Program-made: the position numbers and the translations under genes
From: Candidatus Omnitrophus sp.
Lineage (GTDB): Bacteria > Omnitrophota > Gorgyraeia > Zapsychrales > Fredricksoniimonadaceae
NCBI GenBank assembly: GCA_020719005.1
Contig: DYQZ01000001.1
Span: 5,779-69,778 of the forward strand
DNA: 64,000 nucleotides
Reading direction: 5' to 3'
The notes under the pieces: model-generated
What the model was told of the DNA's origin: nothing
Seen by the model: only the letters and a program-made list of their open reading frames with translations
The model's database searches: none
Part shown: in pieces, positions 32,001-44,000 of the stretch
Position numbering within the stretch: position 1 is the stretch's first letter
Layout of the letters: each line of letters opens with the position of its first letter

Positions 32001-35000
32001 TCTTGGATTTCTTAAAAGAACAGGGCAAGGTATCTGCCGCAACAACGCCCGAAGAACAGGCCAAGGCGATCAGCCGGTTGCAGGAATTACAGGGAGCGAT
32101 CAAACAGACACAGTTATATCATCTTCGCGGTGAAGACAATGTCGTCCGCGAGAATACGATCTTCGGGAATAATATCCTTGCGGCTGTTGTGACAGCGCGT
32201 GTGGCCCGTCAGCATATGGGCAAGGATGGTTTTGATGAGAAGACTGCCGACTTCTTTATTATGAATGCGGTCATGGCAGAACGTAAAGAACACATCACGA
32301 TCGCTGAAGCTGTCCATCAGATCGGGAATAAGAATAAAAAGGAAGAAGTTTCCAAAAAGAAGTCGAATGGCAATTTGAAGATGGGTTACACGACGGGAAC
32401 CCTGGCCAAAGAAGAGCCATTAAGAGCGCTCGGCGCTGATGTTGTTATTGTGAGCAAAGAAGATCCTATTGAAGCGGAGCGTATCCGTCTTTTTGATACG
32501 CGTAAGGAGCAGTTGACGTCGGTGATCGAGAGTGTGAAGGCGGATTTGAGCAAGGCTAAAGATGTTGGCGTGGCTATTTATGGTTCCGAAGATGTGCTTT
32601 CTGAAGCACGGGCTGCACTTGAAGCAAAGGGCATTAGGCCGCTTTTTGTCAGTGGTAAAGATCGCCCTGAAAATGAAACAGAAACAGCTAAGATCCATAA
32701 AGCGATACAGAATGGCGGCAAGGTTGTTGCCCTTATTGTTGGTGATCCGACGGGTGGAAATCCGTTCGCGACGACCAGGGGGCCTGCCGGACGTTTGGGT
32801 TCGACCTACCTTCTTTCTCTTAAAGGCTTGATGCCAGCTACCCAGGCGCTGAAACGCGCGGGCAGTGAGAACCGTGTGAATATCGGGACCGATAAGGATT
32901 CATGGCATTATTATCTTAGCCGTGAAGACAACATGTTCACTTTTGAAGAACGTGAAGTTATTCCAGCGATCACTCAGGAAGAAACACGTCAGCGTCTGGT
33001 GCGCCGCGCTTCTGATGAGATCGATGAATTGGTCGCACATCGCAATATGCTTCATGTGGCGCGTGTTGTTAATAATAAGGAAGCGATCTCAGAGAATCTC
33101 ATGGGTGTTATTGCGCGTCTGCAGAAACAGTCACGGTTCTTGCGGCAAGAGGATGGCAAGTCCTCACTCCTTGTGGCTTCTCGTGGTGAAATGGACCTTA
33201 AACAGGGCGAGATCCTGGATGAACAAACAGGACTGATCTTCAATAAGAGTAAGAACGCGCGCGTTGATGAAAAAGGCGTGGTTGTTCCTGTTGAGCTGAC
33301 CACACCGATCGCCTATGGTGCTATCCGTGATGGTAAGGTTGAACGGGTTGATATTGATACTAATACAGGCATCGGCAGGAAAGAAGTTGCTCCGCTGACG
33401 ATCAATGGAGTAAAGATCCCCGTTGCTCTTGAAGTTGAGGTTAAGAATGGCGAATTCAAGAGAGCTCCTGAACTTCGCGTGACAGAAGATGTAGAGAAGA
33501 ATGGTATTAAGGTCAGGAAGGATCAAACGATCTTTGAAACAACAACCGTTCTTGGTTCTATCGCAGCTTTCTTTGAGAGCGACAAAGACCTTGTTCTGAG
33601 CCAGGCATTGGTAAAAGATCAAGAAAATGGCACGTATAAGGCTCTGACGATCACGGATAACAAGATCGAAATGCCTGTAACAGATATTGAGGATGCAAAA
33701 TTGGTAGTGCTTGTATCCATTGAACGTGAAAATGGCAGGCTTACTCTTGTTCAAGGGCTGCGTCTTAATGGACTCACAACCGCATTAACAAATGAAGAAC
33801 TGGTCAAGCTGGCCGCCACGTTCTTAAGCAAATATAACGAAGAATCCTTGTTCTTCTATGGTCGGAACGATCCGTATCTCAGGCTTATTGCAGAACTGTC
33901 TTTAAAAGAAGGGGCCTTGGTCGAGAATCGTGTGGCTATATTGGCGGCGATCAAGTTCATCCGTCAACAGGCTGGCCTAACAACACAGGTCACCGGCCAA
34001 TCCTTGGTTGATCAGGTTATAGCAAAGAATGTCCAGACTGGACAAGTTGCTGATACCCAAGTCGCCACAACGCAAAAGACACAGAAAACACAGAAGAAAC
34101 GCGGGTTCTTTGGTCGCTTCTTTAATAAGGGTGCGGCTACCGCGATCGCGTTGACTGGCGCCAGCCTCCTGAGCCCCTCTGCCAAGGCCGATGTTATGCC
34201 AATGGGGAATGCTGATCAGACTCCGGTCACTATGTCTAGCACAACACCGGGCTCTCTCTTTAGCCCCATGGTCATGAGCGAGAGAGACGAAGGGACGCTT
34301 GGGACTACTCTTTATCGTCCGACCACCCAGGCCGCTGATGAGACCAAGGCTTTGCCGATCACAGGCAACACCATGGCGCCGTTTTATCCTGTGGGCCCCG
34401 TTGTGCCGCCTACTCCAACAACACCTGATCTACCGACAGCACCGAGTACGCCAGGTCTTCCGGTCATACCTTTAGTGCCCTCGGTCACACCTCCTATCTT
34501 TACAGGTGGCGGTGGTATGGGCACCGGCCCGGGCCTAAGCCCGATGGTCAATATATCGATGATGCCCAAGCTATCTATGCTTGAAGGATCACGCTTCTTT
34601 GATGGACGGTTGAATGGGCCGTCTGATTCGGAACTCGCTTCACGTTCCGGCGACGGCGGTCGTATTGAGTATGGCCGCTTCTCCTCTGAAGCGCGTCCAT
34701 ATGGCATTACCAGTGAGGAAAATGGGAGCATTATTGTTGATCGTATCACGAGAGAAAGGGCGAAGTTAGCAACTGTTGACGCTAATAACGGCCTCCAAGC
34801 GCAAGCTCTGTCCGCGCGTGGAGTGAACGAAGACCAAAGGCAGGCACAGAAGAAGTACGAAGCTGAAGAAGATCAAAACACATCCGCGGTTCGTCCGACA
34901 CTCGCGGGGGTTGTTAAAGACGGTTGGGCACAGGTAGTGAAGAGTAAGAAGCATGATCAAGGCATCAAGTTGGCTAATGTCCAAGCTGCCGGCTCGAATG

Positions 35001-38000
35001 CTAACAAACTCGCTCAGGACAATGAGAGCATCGCAGTTAATGAAGTACCGTATCAAGTAGCAAAGAACACCGTAGTACAGAGTAATGTGGTTGTGAATAA
35101 TGCCAGAACATTAGCGCTTGGCAATACTGTCGATCGTATCAACTGTTCTGTGTTCCGTGGGGACCTTTCTACGGATCTGAAGGTGAATGAAGCTCCGATG
35201 ACGACTGGTCGCAAGGCTGGCCATCATCAAACAGCCGAAGCTGTGGTTCTGGACGTGTGCCCGATCAACGGCACAATGAACGGTAGCCGCAACCTGAGCG
35301 CTGGCGATCTGAAGACAGGGTTCGTGTGGACTGTGTCTGACGAGGAGAAAGCGCGGAAGGAACAGGTCAAGCTCGCCCTCAGTGTGAATACGGGGGTGCG
35401 TAAGATCAGCTCTGACAGGGGTGTGCACGGGAGAAGTGTGCAGACTGCCGCAGGTAGTAATGCTGTAAATGCGTCCACGGGCGAAGAGCCTGCGGGTGAC
35501 ATCTGGGGTGTGGAAGGTGTGTCTGGCCAAACTGAAGTAACACAAGCCAGCACAGGATCTAACATCGTCGCGTTGGAAGGTGTAAGTGAGAGAGCTCTGA
35601 CCCTGGGAACTGGATCTGCCAATGCCGCCGCGAACGGCAAAACTGAAGGTGCTAGGACTGTGACCTCGAATAAAGAGGAAAGCAGGATTGGTGCTGGAAG
35701 TGACGTTCGTGAAGCTTCTAGTAGTGTGGCTGCGGGAACACAAGAGATACCGACTGCCTCGACTTCTGATGTCAAGAAAGAAGAGGGAACAGCCGGGATG
35801 GGTGTTTTCCCGAGCACACAATATAATCCCAATATAGATAAAAAAGATTTTGGTTCGTCACGGTGGAATGGCTTCGTCAGTGGAGTGATACTGATGCTTG
35901 CCGCAATTGGCACCCTGTGTGTCAAATTCCCCAGAGGCCAAGCGAATGGAGCCCACTCCGCTTCGCGTGCAGATGTTCTGCATCGTCTGGCCTCTTCTTT
36001 CTTTAAAGCTACAAGCCTGCTGGTTGCGGGGCTTGCTTCCTTCTTTATGGGTACGGCTGAAGCGCAGATGGTGCCGATGACGGGTGTATCGAATGTGCCG
36101 GTGATGGTGAAACAGGTGGTTGCGCCGCTTCAGATCGTTACAACGAATGTGGGCGGGTATAAGGCGCGTATCGTGAATTTTGAGCCGTCGCAGTATACGA
36201 TCCATGTTGAGACGAATGCTGATCCTAAGGCGTCGGCGGTCATTAATGGCGGGTATTTTGATAAGGACCGCAAGTCGGTTGGTTTGGTGAAGTGTGATGG
36301 CACGATCATTTCTGATTTTAATAAGAATGGTGAAGAATTCAATGCATCGGCTGGTGCGATATTATTTGCCGGGAAACAGGATGCCAGGATCGTGCCGGCT
36401 TCTGGTGCCGTGGCGCAGATGATCCTTACGAAGACAAATATTTTGAATGTATTGCAGGCTGGGCCGCTTGTGATGAGCAATGGTCAGCTTAAGATCACGC
36501 CTGAGAAACATCAAATTGATAATGGTGCGCGGAATTTCCTGGCGCGTCATCAGAACGGGTCGTGGAGCCTGGTTTATGTTAAGGGCGCTTTTTATGGTCA
36601 GAAGGGGCCGACGCTCGCAGAGATGGCCAAGTTCTTTAAGGATGGCGGGTATCAGGATGTGATGACGCTTGATGGCGGGATGCGCGGGTTCTTGGCGGTG
36701 AAGGATAGTGGAAATGAGAAGACGCGTCGCTGGACAGGGTTATCGAAGCCGGTGACGGTGTTGAGCGTTGTGCCTGTGGAAGGGGCCAGCGGCAATGATC
36801 CGATCTCAGTGGAGGTTAATGGGAAGACGAAGGTCGCGGGTTGGCTGGCTCTGATGGGCGCTGGTTTGGTGATGGGCTTCTTTGCGATGAGGAAGTTCTT
36901 CGGGATGATGTTCTTCGGTACGTTGGCTGGTTCGCGGAAGATCTTTAAGGGAACAAAGCGGTATGCCGGGAAGTTGGGGATGGGGATCGCGTTGGCGGCG
37001 GTGCTTTTTGGTGGAGTGAAGACGGCGAGGGCGGATGAGGATACGGGGCATGTGAATTCGATCAGCTATGTGCAGGCTGTTAATGCACAGCATTTGGATC
37101 TGCAGGATGAGGACACAAAGACGCCCGACTTAGTTGGGCCGGATCCTGAAGATCAGGCGGATGAAGAGACCCCTGCGGTTCAGCCTGTGAAAAAGACCCT
37201 TGAAGAAAAGAACAAGCATCTTGTTTCTGAGATCAAGAGGACCAATTTGGCAGAGACACGGTCGCAATATTATGGCCCGTGGGGCGTGGGTGTTGGGGTT
37301 GCATTGGATTATCAATATCCTTTCTTCTCAAAGGCAATGGGGGATCTGACCGAGGGAGTTTCCGGGGTTGCGATGATCAATTATCCCGGCAAGACCTGGC
37401 ATGAGATCTATCTTGGAGCGCAGGGCGTGGCTCAATGGGGTTCTCAAACCGTGGTTGGTAAAACGGTCGGGACAGGCTTCTTTGTTGATAATGTTTTGCA
37501 GAAGGGGAATACGGTTGAGCTTTATAACAATCGCGGGTTGGGTAAGGTATTTCGTTGCGACAAGTCTTGGTTCAAGAAGATCTTTAATACATTTGTATAT
37601 AACTGGACCAAGGTGGAGACATACGATCAGAATAATCAAAAAGATATAGATACGGTCCGTGATATTGGTTTGGTCAAGGTGGCGCGTTCTGTGCCGACGT
37701 ACGGTAATAAGGCGACATTTAATACTATTCCGTGGTTCTTTAAATTCTTCGGTCCGATCAATGTGCTTATTCCTCTTGATGAAGATGGGCAGCAGGTTGA
37801 ATACGGGATCTATCAGCAGGCGATGGAGTATCGCGCGAACATCAACACAAATAATAATGATATCTATTATGAGACATTCAAGGTTGAGGATCCGAATGCG
37901 TTTTATGTGCAGTTGAAGAATAAAGGTTTTGAACAGGTCAAGAACCCGGCGGAGTATCGCGCTAAGGGCAAGATGATCTTTTATAAGGGTGAGCAAAAAG

Positions 38001-41000
38001 GTTATCAGGTCAAGAATCAGGGCGCTGATGCGAAGGGGAATTTGAGTGCATTATCGATCGAATGGTTCGCGGGCACTGGATTTATTCCGGAAGAGGCGCT
38101 CAATACAGATAAGAACGGGAACCCTGACCCAACGACGACGGTTGTTAAGACGCTCCTTTCGAAGAAGGCGCTTGTTGATGAAGTGTCGCTTGCTAATGGT
38201 GCGCTGGTCAAGGTGGATAAAAATGGTTGGCCGGTGATCGGTAAGGATGGCAAACCTGAATTGACCGAAATGGTTGTTTATGTGGCACGCCGTCATCAGT
38301 TCTCGGGGGTGATCACCAAGCTTGTGACCAATCCTGCGGAATTGCTCGAGCATGAAAAGATCAAGATCAATGGCCGTGAAGTATTGGTCCGTCAATTATC
38401 TCCTGAAGAAGTTGTCCAGCCGGTGGTGACGTTCAATCCTGAGGGCATGACCGAGGCGAAGAGCGATACGAATCTAATTCTTGAGATGTTAAAAGATGAG
38501 TTGAAGCCTATGACCGAAAGTGTCAGGGCGCTGGTGGGCAAGCCTACGACGATCGCGAGCGAAAGCCGCCGTGTGAATGAAATGAACCGTCCGCACAGGG
38601 TATCGGATGAGGTTAAGGGTAAGTTTGGTGCGGCAACGTATGAGATCGTTGAGGCGTCGAGCGCGCTTGAAGCGATCACGAAAGCGGCCAATAAAGACAA
38701 GGGTATTGGTGTTGTGTATAGCCGGCAGGCGCCGAGGGTTCTTGAGGATATTGATGAAACTTATGCCGTTCAGTATTTGGGCGCGAATAATGGCGTGACG
38801 AAAAATGAGGAGAAGGCCGAGGGTATTGTTGTTAAGACAACATATACGATCAATGGATTTGGAAAAGGATTTGATCCGCGGGCGCTGGTTGTTCTTGATG
38901 AGAAGGGTGTCGTGAGTGGAGTCGTCGAGCTTAGCGAGAACGGGAAAGCTATTGCCCGCCAATTTGATAACAAGTTCTCGGTGAGAGAAGGCAAGATCGT
39001 TACGCGTTATACGGCGGATGAGATCAAGGCGATGTTCAGGACAGGAGAGGCGAAGTTTGTTGATGTTGTTGGAGATCATAAAAAACATCTTCAGATCCGT
39101 GGGCAGGAAGCCGGCCTTCCGAATAATGATACAGAGGCTAAGCAGATGTTCGCTGAGCTTAAAACCAAGCTCATTGTGCCGAACGAGTTGGGCGGGGTGG
39201 AGTTTAAGACAGAAGCTGAGATCGTGGCGGATTTTAAGGCGGGTAAGTTGATCTATGTGCATTTGGCCCATGGCAATAATGGTTTTCCGTATGGCGATCC
39301 GTTGAAGCCGACGTATGATCTCAAGCAGGTTTCTCTTTTAGAGCGGGGCGGACAGCGGTTGGATCCGGTGAGGGCGATGGTGGTGGCGCAACAGCAGGCG
39401 TATGACACGCAATATATAGAGATGAATGTTACCAGTCTTTCTGAGATTATTAATCAGCATGTTACTGTTATTTATTGTGATGGCACAACATTTCCGATGA
39501 GTATTAATGCGTTTGTAGCTCGAGGGTCTGAAATGATCAATGAAATCGATCAGGTCTTTAGAGTAAATGACCAAGGCAAAGCGGTTGAATGGTTTTTGCC
39601 ATCGAAGATCCCCGGTTGGGGTTATGTTGGTTCGGTTGGTATAGAGAATCTTTATCATTATGATTTTACAAAACAGCATATAACGCGTATTCCATGGACG
39701 GTTGGAAACGAAATTAGCGGGTTTGATAAAGAGCGTGGCATTCGTGCAGTAGTTAAGATTAATAGTCTTTTGACGGGGCAGACATGGATTGAAACACGCG
39801 GTTTGAAGGATGAAGTGTTGAATAAGAAAGAAATGTCGGGTGCGAGGGTGTTGACGGAAAGCATTAGCACATTTGGTAATTTTGGCCCCAGGGTTGCGTT
39901 AGAATCAGATATTAAAGCAGATACAAAGTTTGGCACGGTTCAGATACGCGTGGGTAGGACCATCGCGGCGTATGCGAGTATGAAGAACGTCTTTGATTTG
40001 ATGGCGAATGATAAAGATAAAGCGGTGATGATCCGCCTTGCGCTTGATTCGCGGGTGCGTGGTCATCTTGAGAAGATGATGGCATATGATACGCGTAATG
40101 GTTTGATCATTGCTGAGCCGAAGGATGTTCGTTTAGGGGCGCTGAGTCAGGAAATCCAAGATTATACGGGCCGCGTGTTGGCGAAGCTTGAGGGGGTGAC
40201 CGTCAACGGTGTGTTCACACCGGATACGATCACGCTCAATGAGTTCGATGGCGTGCCCGGGTTGATCAAGGTGGCAAGCGGTGCTAAAGCATATGCGGTG
40301 AACGACGAGGTGATCGGGGACCTTAAGGACCACAGCTGGCTCGTGAATGAGGACGGGGTCAAGCTGGATATTAATCATATCACGCCTGAGCAGGTGTATG
40401 CCCGCGGCGGACGTGCTGTTATTTATGCAGGTATCCGTTATTACGAGAATAATAAGACGGTGCCTTATATGCAGGTGCGTGATGTGCGCGGCAATGGTAT
40501 TGAAGAGACGGTGTTCAATGCGGACGCTCCGGTGCGTAAGACCTATTCATTTTATATCGGCGGGGATACGGTGGCAGATAAGACGGTGGCTGTGTCGCTC
40601 GAGAATGGCGTTGAGGAGATCGGCGCGTTCTCTAATAACACTCACATTGATGTGAAGACGGGCCGTGTTATTTTCAAGACCAAGGAAGGCATTGTCTCCA
40701 AGGAGATGAATAGCGCGCTGAACGCCGTGGCGAAGAAGGATCGTTATGACCATTTCGTCCGGTTCCTGTATGGTCCTAATAATCACGCGGATGTTTCGAT
40801 GGTCTGGATGATGAATTCGATAGAACAGCAGAGGGATGCGCGGGGACGGATCGTGGGTAATCTGACGGGTGCAGTCGCTTATGATGATCGCGGGTTTCCG
40901 GCTAAGGATGCGTCCAAGGAAATCACATTCCCGCGCTATGATAATGCTGATCCACGTATTCCGGTGATGGCAAAAACATTTGAGCGCCTGTCGGGCAAAG

Positions 41001-44000
41001 AATTGATCAGTGATTATCAGACGCAGTCGGTATTGATGCACACGATGAATCGCCGTTTGTTGACTGCGGTGGATGTAAATGGCCGTAATGTTGATGTGTT
41101 GGTGTTCGATATCAATGATGTGCGTGAATCTAAAAAGAGCATTGCGGGGCGTGCATTTCGTTTGTCGGATGGGATGCTGTTCGCGGAATTCCATCAGGAA
41201 AGAAAATGGCTCAAAGCGCGTTCTACGGTCGTTTTCTTCAATGACTTTGGTCTGCCGAGAAGTGAATATCGTACGAAGGTTGCTTTTGATCAGACGCTGA
41301 CACAGCCGTCTTCTCGTTATGAAGATAAGAAGATCTATACTGCGCTTGTTGATCCGGCAACATCAAAGAATAATGCTATTCTCGCTGAGATCACCCCTGC
41401 TCAAGGGTTTGGCGGGGCATCGGTTTCCTGGACTCGTTTAGTGGGCTCTGTGAAGTTGAATGATTTTATTCTCGGAAAGTCGGTCGATGCTGAAGAGTTC
41501 AAGGGTGCTGGTACGGTTGTAACTAGCCAAGTTAGTCTGATGAGTGACCATGAGGCGTTGAGCCTCGCGCAGCGTAACGGAGTGTTCTATTATCATGATC
41601 GCGCTATCTTCAAGGTGGACAGTCGTTCCATTCCTATGGGGTGGATGGATTTCCGCAGTACAAGTTTCTTGGGTAGTGCTGAAGAATATTTTGCCGTTCA
41701 GTTCAAGCATAGCGTTGAGCAGAACAGTCTTTGGGCGAATATCAAGGATTTTGCGGTCCGTGGTAATGTGGCCCCGACTTTTGCGATCCTGCTTTTGGGG
41801 ATAGGCGCGCTGACACTTTTATTGCCGATCTTCCTCTTGACCGTGACGAAACTGATCGCGATCGTATTAAATACGTTGATCGGTCTTGGCCGTACTTATA
41901 AAACGGTCGGCGGTTTGAACGAAGCATTGAAAGTCCTTCCTGATGAGATGGAGCTCCGGGTTCGTCTGGCGTTCATTAATCGTCATTTGTATATTGTTGA
42001 TTCATACAACAGATACCTGCTCGGTCTTTATAGAAAAGATCCGCAGGTGCTGGTAGATACGTATTACCCGGCAGGTCATGAACAGCGCGCACAAGTTCTT
42101 AACGATATGGCGAAGACAGACCTGAACGACCGTAAACAGCGCATGATGTTCATTGAACGTAATGTGATCCGTCCGATCGTGAATTTGATCCTGATCATGA
42201 TGATCGATCAGGCGGAGAAATGGGATGCGGACATGAAGGGCAAGCGTCCGGGATATTTGGTGCCGTTCTTCAAGTCTGAAAAACAGTCTTGTGGTTACTT
42301 CGTGTTCACGGACCGTGAATTACGCCGTGCATTCGAATATTATTTCAAGGATCTGCAGTCTCCTCGTGGTAATGAGATCGCTGACCCGATCATCCGTCAC
42401 GGGTTGAATAAATATCTGACACCGGAAGCGTTTAAGTCATTTTTGACAGATATGAAAGCTGACAAGAAAGTAAAGGAAGTGGTCAGTAAGAAGATCGAAA
42501 AAGATCTGTTCATGTCGCAGGGAGAACAAAAGGGCCTCAAGCAGTGGATATCCGATCGTTACAAGACGGAAGGGTATAAGCTTCCTGTTTTCCCGATCAC
42601 CTCACCGCTGGTAAAGACGATCCGTGCGTTGGGTTGGATGATCGGTGTTGGTGGTGTGATATTGGCGGTTGGTTTAGCTATTGTCGGGACGATCATCCCG
42701 GCCCAGGGGCTTGTGTTCTTGGCCCTCTTGGGGATCATCTTTGGATATCAGATACATGCGATGGCACAGCATTTGAAGTTCCATATGAATGATTGGGCCA
42801 TGGCGATCTTGAGGATCATTCGGACAGCGAAGAATTATAAATATAAGAACGATCCTGCGATGCAGGAGCGGTTGAAGACTAAGAAACGGTTCTTCTATAT
42901 TTATGGCGCGACCTGGTTTAGTTTCAATGCAGTGTTGATCGGGGCTGCGACCTATTTCACGGTCGGCCTGCCTGCGATCGGATGGGTCTTTGCTGGATTT
43001 ATTATGGCCTTTACGCTGCGCGAGTCGATCCGAAGTTTCTGGTATCTTTTCGTTGAAGGTGCGGCGACGGCGGCAGAATCAAGGATGCAGGTTCGTACGA
43101 TCAAGTCGGTACAGGATATCAAGAAAGCGCATATGGTCATGCTGAAGGCACCGGAGACGGGGCGTTTCTGGCAGATCTCTTTCCGTAAGGTGCTTGTTGA
43201 GGATACGCTGGTGAAGTTCGATCTGGCCGACGAACAGACGGCTGCGGCGCTTCTGACGATCATTCGTGAGAATGTTACGGTTGAGGAAGCTGTTGAGATC
43301 CTGCGCGGCGTTCAGTTGACCCGTCAGGCAGAAGATGAGATCAAGAGCTTCTTTAATAAGATGGTCTTGGAGATCTCGCTTCAGAACGGGTCAAAGGGTT
43401 TTGATGAGTATGTAAGGAATATTGATATCGATCAGCTTCTACCGGTCATTTTCAAGGGTACAGGTAAGAAGCGCGTTCTTCCGACCATTGAGTTCCTGGA
43501 TGGAGAAGATATTGAAGATGAAACAGGCCTGACACGTCAGACGCTGTGCTCTGGATTTGAGATGTTCAAGGGTGAGTTCGCCGGACCTTGGGCGATCTAT
43601 TTGAGCGGGCGTTTGCGCAAGGAATGGCTGAAGGATGTAAGCAAGGGAACGGCGGATGAGCTCGTGGAGATGTTGAAAGATCCTTCGTTAACGCTCAGGC
43701 AGACCATTGTGATGATCATGGCGCGCAATATGACCAAGGACAAGCGTGAGGAGCTCGTGAAAGCCATGATGACGCCGACAATGAAGTTTCGCGCGGATTT
43801 TGCACAGATCAGCAAGGATCCGGCACTTCTTAAGATGCATCGTGACGGCGCGATCCAAAAGGACATTGATGGTGAAGCCAAGAAGATCTTTGGTGCTGTC
43901 AAGAAAGACCGGGCAACGGCAGAAGCGAAGATCATCATGACTGCCCTTGGTATTGAGGATAAAAAGGCGTTTGATAAGCAATGGAAGGCTGTTTCAGGCG

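Noticed and set aside
34069-34096. Short peptide repeats (TQKTQKTQK; also TPSMTPSMT near 14933 and VAGxIRR twice near 55580-55650)
   Set aside because: Two to three degenerate copies in linkers; too short to support a function.
34560-35990. Group I or group II intron
   Set aside because: No recognisable P7 core or domain V, and no intron-encoded protein. Kept only as an unclassified structured region.
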